The translations under genes and the position numbers were made by a program. The notes beneath the pieces are model-generated. The model saw nothing but the letters and a program-made list of their open reading frames with translations, was not told the origin of the DNA and ran no database searches. A DNA stretch of 64,000 bases, from the sequence record PQ330092.1; one strand, 5' to 3'. Shown in pieces: positions 1 to 11,250 of the stretch. The first letter of the stretch is position 1. Every line of letters starts with the position of its first letter.

Positions 1-175
<175 letters not shown>

Positions 176-188
176 TTCACATGATATA

Positions 189-864
<676 letters not shown>

Positions 865-873
865 CGGGTATTA

Positions 874-1422
<549 letters not shown>

Positions 1423-1424
1423 TA

Positions 1425-1481
<57 letters not shown>

Positions 1482-1566
1482 AGTAAGAGTAAAAATGAAA
1501 GTAAGTAAAAAAACTACCAAGCAGCTTGAAGAACTTTGTAGTGCTGCACCTATGCCGACTCTTGGC

Positions 1567-1667
<101 letters not shown>

Positions 1668-1679
1668 TATCTTACTTCT

Positions 1680-1758
<79 letters not shown>

Positions 1759-1775
1759 CAAAATAAAGGTACACT

Positions 1776-2201
1776 ATGAAATACAACATTGTTAAAATGG
1801 TGAACTATGTATTAAAAAACAACGCATGGTCACTGCATGATGTACAAATAGAAGATATTGGTGAAGTTAGAGTATTTTGCTATGATCCAGATTTGAATCA
1901 AACCACAGATTTGAGTAAATGTTTTAATATTTTTCTTGGTTATGAATTCAATAATCATTTTTATTCATTTGATGTGTATTTTGAAAAAGTTATATTCAGA
2001 AGTTATGAATGTGATAATGAAGATTATGATTATGATGACGAATCAATTGAATTGAATGTTAACGATATTGATACAGAAGAAAAATTCTTCCAGTACTGCC
2101 TCGTTAACAACACATTAGGATTAACATTTGATGACATTAGTGCTATCCTTAAAGTTCAAAAATTGATTCCAGAAGAGGTATTAAATCCGTTAAATGACTA
2201 G
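1776..2201 (+). CDS. hypothetical protein, EExxFQ C-terminal motif family
   Basis: AAGGT SD; TEEKFFQYCLVNN. Confidence 0.8.
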   Translation: MKYNIVKMVNYVLKNNAWSLHDVQIEDIGEVRVFCYDPDLNQTTDLSKCFNIFLGYEFNNHFYSFDVYFEKVIFRSYECDNEDYDYDDESIELNVNDIDTEEKFFQYCLVNNTLGLTFDDISAILKVQKLIPEEVLNPLND

Positions 2202-2409
2202 AACAGTTTACAAGCACAATGGTGTGGTGTATCTAGCAGATAATGCTGGAACTTGGATTGTTAATCAAGGTAATCCACCAAATCCATATTCAGTTGGAAG
2301 TGAGTTTTCACTTAAAAGAACATGGCTATCAACTGATAATATGTGTAAGTATGGGGATTTTGATACATATGGAGATGCTATGAATCGTGTTCGTTCTATA
2401 ATTGATTAA
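2194..2409 (+). CDS. hypothetical protein (71 aa)
   Basis: Overlap-coupled ORF. Confidence 0.7.
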   Translation: MTRTVYKHNGVVYLADNAGTWIVNQGNPPNPYSVGSEFSLKRTWLSTDNMCKYGDFDTYGDAMNRVRSIID

Positions 2410-2419
2410 AAGGTACTTG

Positions 2420-2779
2420 ATGGATAGTCTAATAGTACGTATAATGCAAGATGTTCGTAAGAATCTTTATACTGGTAATTTTGATGATCATAACATAAAA
2501 ATATTATGTTATGATGGTTTCACACTGACACATCCATCAGAATCTAATAATATATACATAGCATATACTTCTCCTAATATTTTGTATCAATTTGATTTAT
2601 ATAGTACAATGGCTAAGATAACCTTAGATGTTTCTAATGAGCCGATTTTTATAGCAGTACGTGATGTTGAGTACACAGAAGAGTCATTATTCCAGTACTC
2701 AATGATAAATGACATTGGTGACTTGACATTAGAAGAAATAAATGTTATAGTTGGTATGTGTCGTTTGATTAATCCATAA
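2420..2779 (+). CDS. hypothetical protein, EExxFQ family
   Basis: ATG 2420 after AAGGT; TEESLFQYSMIND; similar to 1776..2201. Confidence 0.78.
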   Translation: MDSLIVRIMQDVRKNLYTGNFDDHNIKILCYDGFTLTHPSESNNIYIAYTSPNILYQFDLYSTMAKITLDVSNEPIFIAVRDVEYTEESLFQYSMINDIGDLTLEEINVIVGMCRLINP

Positions 2780-2792
2780 CTCGGAGCTTAAT

Positions 2793-2984
2793 ATGTTTTG
2801 GAATTTGTTATGCTTATTTGGTCGTACATTGGTTCTTGCTATTATTCATACACCTGGTATTCGTAATTATGTTTCTTATGAATTTAAGAAAAATTATCAT
2901 AACAATACTGAAGTTCGTACAACTAAGATGTGCAAAGACTTCAAGGTAGATGTTCCACCATTCAAGAAGTACGAGGATGAATAA
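2793..2984 (+). CDS. hypothetical protein (63 aa)
   Basis: GGAG SD; TAATG overlap with next gene. Confidence 0.7.
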   Translation: MFWNLLCLFGRTLVLAIIHTPGIRNYVSYEFKKNYHNNTEVRTTKMCKDFKVDVPPFKKYEDE

Positions 2985-3268
2985 TGGAATTCATTGTTGC
3001 ACCTGATGAACTTAAAACATTTACGTTCAGAGATAATAACAATTATCCTTATACAAATCATTCATTGAATTCATTGCATGTTATTTCAATCATTGCATCT
3101 GAATACAGAGATAATCCATGTATTGATTTTAAAACCACTGATGGTGAATATACATGGGTGTTCCCAAAAGATAAATATAGTTATCAAGGGGCAGTAGAAA
3201 TTCGTGACTCGATTCTAAAACAAATCGAAGATGGAAATACTCATCCTAAACTAAACACTCAGTACTGA
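2984..3268 (+). CDS. hypothetical protein (94 aa)
   Basis: GAGGA SD; coupled start. Confidence 0.75.
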   Translation: MEFIVAPDELKTFTFRDNNNYPYTNHSLNSLHVISIIASEYRDNPCIDFKTTDGEYTWVFPKDKYSYQGAVEIRDSILKQIEDGNTHPKLNTQY

Positions 3269-3281
3269 AATCGTTTAACCC

Positions 3282-3336
3282 GATAGCTTCTAGTCAGTAC
3301 TGATTCCTCCTTATGTATAGAAGCTATCACTTTTTT
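3282..3336 (+). terminator. large-loop hairpin with T tract
   Basis: Perfect 11-bp stem GATAGCTTCTA/TAGAAGCTATC then TTTTTT. Confidence 0.55.
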
Positions 3337-3424
3337 ACGTATAATGATATTACCCTCAAATTCATTATATTCGTTACCCTCTAACAGTATCTTTTTATTC
3401 CTCTTGGATGCTGTAATTTAGAAG

Positions 3425-3484
3425 TTGACTTTTTAACTTCTACTGTGTTATACTTAAGGCTGATTCGATGAATCGGCCTTTTTT
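3425..3484 (+). promoter_or_regulatory. promoter overlapping an intrinsic terminator
   Basis: TTGACT-18-TATACT immediately followed by AAGGCTGATTC-GAT-GAATCGGCCTT-TTTT. Confidence 0.6.
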
Positions 3485-3493
3485 CTTATATAG

Positions 3494-3922
3494 GTGAATG
3501 CAATGAGTTATTTGTTTACTTTAATTGATAAGTATGTTGACATTGTATACTGTCAAGTTTGTAGTGATACGTTTGAAACAAAAAACCCAATTAGAGATGG
3601 CTTTTTTGATGTTGTCGTTGGATCATTTTTGAATGGATACACCGAGACATTATACAACAGTAATAATATTTTTATTTCAGTTCAATCCAGACATACATCA
3701 GACTATGCTGTTAGCATTGATATTTGGGAAAATAATATAGAAATAGATATAACGGAACATACTAACATTCATGTTGATGATACATTTAATCAATTAACTG
3801 AAGAAATGTACTTGCAGTTGAATTTTGTACATGATCTTACAAATATCAGTTATGATACATTAAGGAAAATATGTTTTCTTAGTGGGGTGATCCGTAGTAA
3901 TATGAGTAAGGATGGGAAGTGA
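3494..3922 (+). CDS. hypothetical protein, EExxFQ-like family
   Basis: TEEMYLQLNFVHDL. Confidence 0.75.
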   Translation: MNAMSYLFTLIDKYVDIVYCQVCSDTFETKNPIRDGFFDVVVGSFLNGYTETLYNSNNIFISVQSRHTSDYAVSIDIWENNIEIDITEHTNIHVDDTFNQLTEEMYLQLNFVHDLTNISYDTLRKICFLSGVIRSNMSKDGK

Positions 3923-4340
3923 AATGTTAAAAATTCCACCTAAGTCGTTAACACATCTTATTGAATGTGGTGTAATATTTTCCGAAGGTGATACCTCATC
4001 ATACACATTGGTCGATGAACCTTATAATTTTTCATACCAATCTTATAAAAATAATTCTAAAATTTCTTGTAGATATGCTGAAAACATATTAATAGATGTT
4101 TCGTTACATAATGTTCCGAAATTTTACATTGATATCTTTGGTGATTCTTTGACAATTCGAACATATGATTATTTTATTAATAAAGACCTCTTGAGTCTTC
4201 CAATTGAACATGATACTATAGATTCAGAGATGTTCTTTCAACTATCAACAGTTTACGATTTACAGGGTTTAACTGTTGAGCAGTTGAATGGAATATTTGA
4301 GATTTCACGAAACATACGAAGCAGGAATAAAAATGTCTAA
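3912..4340 (+). CDS. hypothetical protein, EExxFQ family
   Basis: DSEMFFQLSTVYDL. Confidence 0.75.
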   Translation: MGSEMLKIPPKSLTHLIECGVIFSEGDTSSYTLVDEPYNFSYQSYKNNSKISCRYAENILIDVSLHNVPKFYIDIFGDSLTIRTYDYFINKDLLSLPIEHDTIDSEMFFQLSTVYDLQGLTVEQLNGIFEISRNIRSRNKNV

Positions 4341-4743
4341 TATTTTAAATGAAAAAACAGTTGATGTTGTTATTGGTGTTCTTAACACCGCAACTTCATT
4401 TCAGAAGAAACACAGTGTTGTATACTTTGGTGAAGATTGTTGGCTGAACTATACTAATAATTCGTTTATAATTCGTGTAGAGGCTGATGATATTGGATTA
4501 ACCGTTCAGGTAGGATGTACCAAAACTGACAAACAAATCACTGTCATTGTTGATAAACTTACGTCTTCTTTTTATGATAGTATAGATGATTGTGAACACT
4601 GTAGTTCAACATTTTATGATACAGAAGAAGAACATTTTATGGAAAGTACTGTTCAAGAGTTAGCTATTCCATATAAGCTAATGAAAGCAGTGAGTGATTT
4701 AATTTTAAAATATAAAAAAATAGGAGTTACTAATGCAATTTAA
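4333..4743 (+). CDS. hypothetical protein, EExxFQ-like family
   Basis: ATG 4333 after AGGA; TEEEHFMESTVQEL. Confidence 0.75.
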   Translation: MSNILNEKTVDVVIGVLNTATSFQKKHSVVYFGEDCWLNYTNNSFIIRVEADDIGLTVQVGCTKTDKQITVIVDKLTSSFYDSIDDCEHCSSTFYDTEEEHFMESTVQELAIPYKLMKAVSDLILKYKKIGVTNAI

Positions 4744-5179
4744 TGGTAAAGTTTCCAAAGTAGGTTTGGTTTTTGAAAACTGTGAATTTGTTGATATTGA
4801 TGTAAAGAATGTTTTATGGATGCATATTGCTGATGAGAAGACTCTTTGTAGCCGTTTTTCAAACGGTCTGACAATTAGTACTGTTATCGGTGAGTTCGGT
4901 ATTGCATTACGCAGCAATACACCATCGGATTTCATGGACAACTCTACACTGTTAGACCGTTTAAAAATGCGTGACGTTACACACGTTTATCTATATGATA
5001 CTAACGGTGTTGAACAGCGTTATGTAGTTGAATGGGCTAATTATAACCTTAGTGATCAATATTCAGTAAACCAGCGTGTTCAAATCACCCCTGGTGGTAA
5101 TATTGTGTTTGTTAGTTCAACTGGTAAATTAATCAGTGTAGATGATAAAAACATTGACCTATTCACAGCATATAACTAA
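4733..5179 (+). CDS. hypothetical protein (148 aa)
   Basis: AGGAG SD; overlap-coupled. Confidence 0.8.
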   Translation: MQFNGKVSKVGLVFENCEFVDIDVKNVLWMHIADEKTLCSRFSNGLTISTVIGEFGIALRSNTPSDFMDNSTLLDRLKMRDVTHVYLYDTNGVEQRYVVEWANYNLSDQYSVNQRVQITPGGNIVFVSSTGKLISVDDKNIDLFTAYN

Positions 5180-5190
5180 TACGAGCTTCC

Positions 5191-5610
5191 ATGAAAACAA
5201 TCAAAATTCATTTCAAAGACACTTGGACAGAAGTAAGTACTGGTAATATTCAGGATATTTTATATAGTACTGAAACTATTCATGTTTATGATGAAGAGAC
5301 TGCTACCGAGCAGTTAAAAGTTTTGCATCGTAGTGTTGGTGTGCACACCGAATATGGCATTAAACATACTCGTGAATTACTTAATACTAATCACATTGAA
5401 ACCCGTAAAGCAAACTTATCAAAAGAAGAAATGTTCGATTTCATCCTGAACCATAAAGTTCATATTGAGCCTGATGGGTCTATATGGGAGAACACTGCTG
5501 GACAAAAAGTGCTGAAAAAATATCATGTTTCAATTGATAATGTAAAAATGTCAGGGTATGATTTGGAAGATGCAATTAATGAATATGTATCTAGGCAGAG
5601 GGCAAATTGA
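5191..5610 (+). CDS. hypothetical protein (139 aa)
   Basis: ORF in + strand run. Confidence 0.75.
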   Translation: MKTIKIHFKDTWTEVSTGNIQDILYSTETIHVYDEETATEQLKVLHRSVGVHTEYGIKHTRELLNTNHIETRKANLSKEEMFDFILNHKVHIEPDGSIWENTAGQKVLKKYHVSIDNVKMSGYDLEDAINEYVSRQRAN

Positions 5611-5981
5611 TGAGCTTGATAACATTTACAATTATTTGTTGCATTACTATTGTACTTTGTCGCCTGATTCATGTATACTCATATCATAAAGCGTTGCGAA
5701 TCGAACAAGAGATTTACAACGAAAACCGAGAACCAGAACCAGTCAAGAAGCCACCATCACCTTATGGGTTGAAACGTGAGATGCATTCTCAAAGTAAAAA
5801 GTGGGGTTATGCAATTACTAAAAATGGCTACATCTATACTGCAAGTAATGGTTATTTTCAAATTCACCACGAATTAGAAGTGGCAGTTCAAATTTTGTGG
5901 GAGATGGAGGACATTGGTGGTTATGAGCGTACTAAGTTTGAATTCATATCAAATGATCCAGGAACTTCACGAGAAACATGA
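5607..5981 (+). CDS. hypothetical membrane-anchored protein
   Basis: N-terminal hydrophobic helix; coupled start. Confidence 0.75.
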   Translation: MMSLITFTIICCITIVLCRLIHVYSYHKALRIEQEIYNENREPEPVKKPPSPYGLKREMHSQSKKWGYAITKNGYIYTASNGYFQIHHELEVAVQILWEMEDIGGYERTKFEFISNDPGTSRET

Positions 5982-6015
5982 TATAATTGTTGATGTGAAG
6001 AAGAAGGAAGTCGTT

Positions 6016-6126
6016 ATGAAAAAGCAAGCATATAGAATTTTAGAAGACTTCCATCTAAAAGCATTTATAATGAAGTTCTGTACAGATGAACATCTTACCG
6101 GACGAGTAATACGTAAGGAGTTGTAA
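6016..6126 (+). CDS. hypothetical peptide (36 aa)
   Basis: AAGGA SD before ATG 6016; abuts next gene. Confidence 0.4.
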   Translation: MKKQAYRILEDFHLKAFIMKFCTDEHLTGRVIRKEL

Positions 6127-6468
6127 ATGAACTTAAGTTCAACAATTCAGTACTTGAGCAGTAACTTCGAGAAAATTATTTCTCGCGGTGGGATGATTGT
6201 ACACCCAGAAACAGAGGAAATGTACATCATTGGATTTGATAAAAATTCTTATGATCAAGTACTTGTAATTTCCAAGTTAGAAAGTTATAATGAAGTTGTT
6301 CAGTTTTGCTGTACCGAATTTGGTATCTATATTAAAGACGCTGAAACTAATACAATTTCGCATTATTTTTACCACACACTGATGGGTACTAAAGACTTCG
6401 GCTTGAAGTTCGATGATTTAGTACAATGTCACTATATGTTTAAAACCTTCCCAGCTAGTGGGCATTAA
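6127..6468 (+). CDS. hypothetical protein (113 aa)
   Basis: AAGGAG SD. Confidence 0.78.
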   Translation: MNLSSTIQYLSSNFEKIISRGGMIVHPETEEMYIIGFDKNSYDQVLVISKLESYNEVVQFCCTEFGIYIKDAETNTISHYFYHTLMGTKDFGLKFDDLVQCHYMFKTFPASGH

Positions 6469-6481
6469 GGAGTATATCAAT

Positions 6482-7270
6482 ATGAGCAACATTTTCTTCA
6501 AAACTATTTCTTTCAAAAAAGCATCTTACTCCTACGCCTACGTTGATGGTAAAGTGCTTAATATTGTACTGGATGGTGTTGACGTACCAGTTGAATTTAA
6601 AACACATGAAGAAGCAGTTGAAGGTGCTAAAGAATTGAATTCAATTCTTAATGGTGAAGTAAGTCAAAAACAACATGTAAAATCTGATTTAGATGTACTT
6701 TTGGAAAAAATCAAAACTGGTGAAGTATTAGAAATTTTAGACAACTGTAATGAAAAACTTCGTAATGTAGTTAATAATGTTCGTGACCAGATTCAAGAAA
6801 AAGCACTAGAGCAAGCATTCAAACATGTATCCAAGAATGCTGAATCTCGTATTGACGGTATGGTTAAAAATCTTGATGATGTACTATCTCATCTCTTTAC
6901 TAAAGAATACGAACAAGAAGTTGAAGAAGAACCAGTAAAAGAAACTAAAAAAGAAAAACGTAGCTTTGGCTCAGGTGATGATGTGTTTGGTTTTACGAAT
7001 GTCCGAACAAGTGCAGATGAACCAAAAGAAATTAGTGAGATGCTCATTGGTGACATGACAACTAAGCAGCTTCGTAATGAAATTGACAAGTTTGTAACTA
7101 GTTGTATCAAATCAGAACGTGCACAAAGTATGTTTAAAAGCATTAGTGAGAACTTTGGTCCAGAAGCAACTGAGCAGGCACTAACTGCATTTAAAGAATT
7201 GATTTATAATGTAGCCATTAGCAATCCAGATAAAACACTTGAAGAAGTTCTACGTGACAATTTCAAATAA
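6482..7270 (+). CDS. hypothetical helical/coiled-coil protein
   Basis: AAGGAG SD before ATG 6482; E/K-rich. Confidence 0.8.
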   Translation: MSNIFFKTISFKKASYSYAYVDGKVLNIVLDGVDVPVEFKTHEEAVEGAKELNSILNGEVSQKQHVKSDLDVLLEKIKTGEVLEILDNCNEKLRNVVNNVRDQIQEKALEQAFKHVSKNAESRIDGMVKNLDDVLSHLFTKEYEQEVEEEPVKETKKEKRSFGSGDDVFGFTNVRTSADEPKEISEMLIGDMTTKQLRNEIDKFVTSCIKSERAQSMFKSISENFGPEATEQALTAFKELIYNVAISNPDKTLEEVLRDNFK

Positions 7271-7282
7271 TTAGATAAAATT

Positions 7283-7310
7283 AAAGCCACTACAATGTAG
7301 TGGCTTTTTT
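7283..7310. terminator. bidirectional terminator between convergent genes
   Basis: AAAGCCACTAC-AAT-GTAGTGGCTTTTTT. Confidence 0.8.
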
Positions 7311-7312
7311 TA

Positions 7313-8467
7313 TTATGCGTTGTAACCAACTATTACGACTGAGCAGTCAAGCGGTTCTACTACTTTAAGAATTACATTATCATCTTCATCCACTTGTATT
7401 TCACTATGAACTACATGATTGTCTGAAGAATATAATTGAACTTGTGGTAGTGCTTTACCATGTTCAGTTACTGGAACTGAGATAGAGTACATAGAGTCTT
7501 CACCGAGAACCCACTCACTTAAAGTATATTCTTTATGGAAAGGAGTAGTATGCAGTGTTTTTCCGATTATACTCAAAGAAACAGGTAAATTATCAGTTTG
7601 ATACACAGTAATATTACCTTCTGCGTCTACAGAAAGATCTACACCAACTTGATATAAGTCACCACTGTATGCTTGAAGTGCTAAGTACTGTCCACGATCA
7701 TGAACATCAAATGGAACAACCGCAGAAAATACACCTTCCGAAACAGGTTCAAATTGGGATAGAAGAACTGATGTAACAAAATCAATATCCTCACCACTTT
7801 CAAGAACATCAAATTCCACCACTTTAGTGTTATAATATGGAGAAGTGAGCGTAGCAGTACCTTTCCCTGATTGTGTGATAACATCAACTGGAATTGTAAA
7901 TGCATCATTAACAAATTGGGTAGTAAAGTATTCTGTCCCGTCTGGTAATACGATTGTTATTACCATACCGTTAGTATCAATTTCTGAACCAGTGTTGAAT
8001 AATTTACCACTAATTGAGTCATTACCAACAAATACTGGTGAAATGAGAATATTATCTATATCACGATCTATAATACCACATTCAGGTGTATACATATGAT
8101 ACAAGGTTTGTGAACTACCTAAAATTGTTTTATGTAGCATAAATTTATATACAAATCCAGTATCAGTTTCTTGTGGCTCTTCAGAATATCCACGAACAAA
8201 GAAACAATTTTTATTAATTTCACTTAATAGTTGGTCATTAGTTTTATTGTAATTTAATAGATAACCTTTATTATCTTTAGTTGTTATTTGTACTTTACGA
8301 TATATTATATTAGTTCTTGGATCAACTAAATCATATAATCTATGGCTTCTTTGGCGATAGATTCTAATATTTTTTAGTCTAGTTCCATCGTTGAGGATTG
8401 CACCATCAACAACATAACCACATTCACCAAACTTATAGCGTCCAGCCGCAGCAATTGACCTTGACAT
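7313..8467 (-). CDS. probable late/virion-associated protein (384 aa)
   Basis: GGAGG SD; TAAATA box upstream; two similar C-terminal ~55-aa modules. Confidence 0.6.
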   Translation of the reverse strand: MSRSIAAAGRYKFGECGYVVDGAILNDGTRLKNIRIYRQRSHRLYDLVDPRTNIIYRKVQITTKDNKGYLLNYNKTNDQLLSEINKNCFFVRGYSEEPQETDTGFVYKFMLHKTILGSSQTLYHMYTPECGIIDRDIDNILISPVFVGNDSISGKLFNTGSEIDTNGMVITIVLPDGTEYFTTQFVNDAFTIPVDVITQSGKGTATLTSPYYNTKVVEFDVLESGEDIDFVTSVLLSQFEPVSEGVFSAVVPFDVHDRGQYLALQAYSGDLYQVGVDLSVDAEGNITVYQTDNLPVSLSIIGKTLHTTPFHKEYTLSEWVLGEDSMYSISVPVTEHGKALPQVQLYSSDNHVVHSEIQVDEDDNVILKVVEPLDCSVVIVGYNA

Positions 8468-8583
8468 TTATCCCTCCATTGGTATAATTATTATAACGTA
8501 TTTATTATGCATATCCAAAAAATGAGCTTGACTGGTGTATGATTTGGTGTTATCATGTAGTGAATGAATAATGAGGTGTTTTT

Positions 8584-9168
8584 ATGAATGTTATTGATAA
8601 TAGATTAGTACTGAAAAATGGAAAAATGACTGTTAAGTTATATAAAGATGAAGCTGATTCTTTTATGGCAAAAGCGATTGAAAAATCAGAACGATATAAA
8701 CTTTTGGCTCCAGCAAGTAAATCGCCATATGGTTTTAATCATGCACATAGTCATTTTGTTGGTATGGTGTGTGAGCACGCATCTTTAGTACTTTTTAATG
8801 AAATTGAAAACAATACTGGTATTAAACTTAATATCGATCCAGCATTCCAAAATGAAGCACGTGACGGTGAATGTGATATTAAGGTAAACAACCTTCGTAT
8901 TGAAGTAAAAGGTATCAAGTATAAATCATGGACTGACTTTGGACCATGTGTTAGTACTCGACAGTTAAAAAATATCCAGAAAAAAGCTGACGTAATACTA
9001 TGGGTATTGTATAATGAGAAAAAACAAGAGTTCACGTTTGAGGGATTCAACTATGTAAAAGATATTAGTTCTATCCCAGTTATCCTCACTGGTGTACCAG
9101 GGCGACCAATGATTGAAAATCACCCAGTACTCGGTATTATGAAACCACTACAGGAGTTACCATTGTGA
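8584..9168 (+). CDS. PD-(D/E)xK nuclease-like protein
   Basis: GAGG SD; CDIKVNNLRIEVKG resembles the D...EVK catalytic motif. Confidence 0.5.
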   Translation: MNVIDNRLVLKNGKMTVKLYKDEADSFMAKAIEKSERYKLLAPASKSPYGFNHAHSHFVGMVCEHASLVLFNEIENNTGIKLNIDPAFQNEARDGECDIKVNNLRIEVKGIKYKSWTDFGPCVSTRQLKNIQKKADVILWVLYNEKKQEFTFEGFNYVKDISSIPVILTGVPGRPMIENHPVLGIMKPLQELPL

Positions 9169-9392
9169 TTACTGCAACTGTATATCAAGATATCAATGAA
9201 GAATTTCATTCTAAAATTGCGTTCTTATCATTTCCTGTACTCCCAGTAGTTGGGTCAACGTTGAATCTTACCATTTGTGGGTTTGAGAAATATTATAAAG
9301 TTCTAGATATTGAGTACTGTGCTGATGTATATTCATGTAATAGTGAAATTGCAATTCCAGTATCAATCGATATTATTGTAAAAGAGGTTTGA
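9165..9392 (+). CDS. hypothetical protein (75 aa)
   Basis: GTGA overlap; AGGAG SD. Confidence 0.7.
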   Translation: MITATVYQDINEEFHSKIAFLSFPVLPVVGSTLNLTICGFEKYYKVLDIEYCADVYSCNSEIAIPVSIDIIVKEV

Positions 9393-9394
9393 TT

Positions 9395-9850
9395 ATGTTT
9401 AAGAATTTTATGGTTATCGTAGCAGTACTGTTTGGTACATCATGTTTTATTTCCCCAGTACACGCAGAAGAACAACGTCAAACTATTAAAACTATTGGGA
9501 CTGGTAAAACTCCCCCTAAACGTACTGCTGACGAATACATGCCTGAAATGCGTGAACGTTATCGTCAGACATACAGGGAAAAACATGCTAATGATAAACC
9601 CATCAAGAAGCATAAATGGGAAGTTGTTAAATCTCCTTCATTTTGTGCTGGATATGCTAAAGTAAAGATTGAGCAGCACAAAAACCAGTACTATAAAGAT
9701 ATGTATTCCTTCTATGACTCCAGAATTTCTGACACAGATATGATGGCAGGGAAGGTTGATAAAGAAGAATTTCTACAAGGCTATGATATGATGGACGATG
9801 ACAAAATCATGGAATGCGTTGAAGTGTATGAAAAATACAGAGGCTTCTGA
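9395..9850 (+). CDS. hypothetical exported protein
   Basis: GAGG SD; signal peptide ending VHA-EE. Confidence 0.75.
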   Translation: MFKNFMVIVAVLFGTSCFISPVHAEEQRQTIKTIGTGKTPPKRTADEYMPEMRERYRQTYREKHANDKPIKKHKWEVVKSPSFCAGYAKVKIEQHKNQYYKDMYSFYDSRISDTDMMAGKVDKEEFLQGYDMMDDDKIMECVEVYEKYRGF

Positions 9851-10326
9851 TGTTAACAATAGTGTTGTTGGTAAGTCCATTTGTGTATTTTGTGCTGTAT
9901 AATATTTTTAGTAATGCTAATCATTTTAAATATGCACAAACAATTGCAAAGCATGAAGGTTTTTGGAATTTTTTCCCAGCATTACTATGCTCATATCTAT
10001 ACCATGAACGCTATTTCATTTTTCCTGAATATAAAAATTATGGTTATGATTCTAAAGTAAATGGTATAATTGAGTACTGTATAAGAAATTATCTTAATAA
10101 TAATGATAACGTCCAAGTAAGAATAGGAAATGGTAATATATCAAGAATAGTTTTCATACCTGATATACAAGATCCAATATACTTATATCCATATGATTAT
10201 AGTATTAGTGTAGGTTGTTCGATACATGGTAGTAAATCTATGTACGATTACTTTATCTTACCACCAACACAAATTAGATTAATAGAAAAATATTTGAGGG
10301 AAAAGTTTGACAACAAAGATTCTTAG
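9850..10326 (+). CDS. hypothetical membrane protein
   Basis: N-terminal hydrophobic segment; TGATG overlap. Confidence 0.72.
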   Translation: MLTIVLLVSPFVYFVLYNIFSNANHFKYAQTIAKHEGFWNFFPALLCSYLYHERYFIFPEYKNYGYDSKVNGIIEYCIRNYLNNNDNVQVRIGNGNISRIVFIPDIQDPIYLYPYDYSISVGCSIHGSKSMYDYFILPPTQIRLIEKYLREKFDNKDS

Positions 10327-10367
10327 TATTATAATTAACACACCAAGTAACCCAAGGGGGATGGAAA

Positions 10368-10826
10368 ATGGATGTATTAGCTACAAATTTCAAACGTAAT
10401 GTTGAAGAGCGTGAAGGTTATTTTAGTATTAGTGAAGTTGTCGATGACAATTTTAAACAATACATTTTTAATAGTGCAATTAAATTAAAATGCACAAAAG
10501 ATTCACCTGATCGTAGCTTTACTAAATGGATTGCGTATTGGGAAGATTCACCAGTTGCAATTGAAATGACTGTGATTACAACAGTACTTGAAACTGGTTA
10601 CATCAAAGCCATTATAGTTGATAAGAAAGTCCGTACTCTTGATGAAATTAATCCATATCCAGCCCGAAATTCTAAAGTTTTTGGTGTGTTGGTTGATGGT
10701 AAATTTATGATAGAAAAAGATGCAAAGGAATATGTAATTAATAAACTTCAAACTACATCAGAAAAAAAGGAAGTAGTGGACCAAAACTCTGTTGATGCAA
10801 TCAAAAAAGCATGGGGACTAAAGTAA
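10368..10826 (+). CDS. hypothetical protein (152 aa)
   Basis: ORF after promoter-like TATTAT. Confidence 0.78.
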   Translation: MDVLATNFKRNVEEREGYFSISEVVDDNFKQYIFNSAIKLKCTKDSPDRSFTKWIAYWEDSPVAIEMTVITTVLETGYIKAIIVDKKVRTLDEINPYPARNSKVFGVLVDGKFMIEKDAKEYVINKLQTTSEKKEVVDQNSVDAIKKAWGLK

Positions 10827-10827
10827 T

Positions 10828-11250
10828 ATGTTCACACTAAGTAATGCAAAATATCTTTTTCTTATTAGTATTATTGGTTGGGTTATGGCTCCAGTGCTAA
10901 ATGCACTGGGGTTTTCCGATGAACATAAACTTGTAAATGTTTCAGGTTTAATTCAGGGTATTTCATGGTATACATTAATTACATTTTCAGTGTGCATCAA
11001 TACATTTGCCCGTGATTATCGACGTTTGTTATATCTGAAAGTATTTGGAACTACACGATATAGTTTTGTTTACACTTTCATTTTAGTACCGTGTATGTTA
11101 TATGCATTTGTATTTGATTACTATACATATCTATGGGTATGTGGAACTATGTTTGTTATGTTGGAATACATCAGAACTGTTCAAAACTCATATGCCGATG
11201 AGTTTCATGATCTAGAAGTTAAACGAAAATTAACGGAGCTAAACAAATGA
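10828..11250 (+). CDS. hypothetical integral membrane protein
   Basis: About 4 hydrophobic helices. Confidence 0.75.
   Translation: MFTLSNAKYLFLISIIGWVMAPVLNALGFSDEHKLVNVSGLIQGISWYTLITFSVCINTFARDYRRLLYLKVFGTTRYSFVYTFILVPCMLYAFVFDYYTYLWVCGTMFVMLEYIRTVQNSYADEFHDLEVKRKLTELNK

Noticed and set aside
3377-3390. 14-mer CCCTCTAACAGTAT shared with about 61392
   Set aside because: A single match of this length is expected by chance in AT-rich 64 kb.
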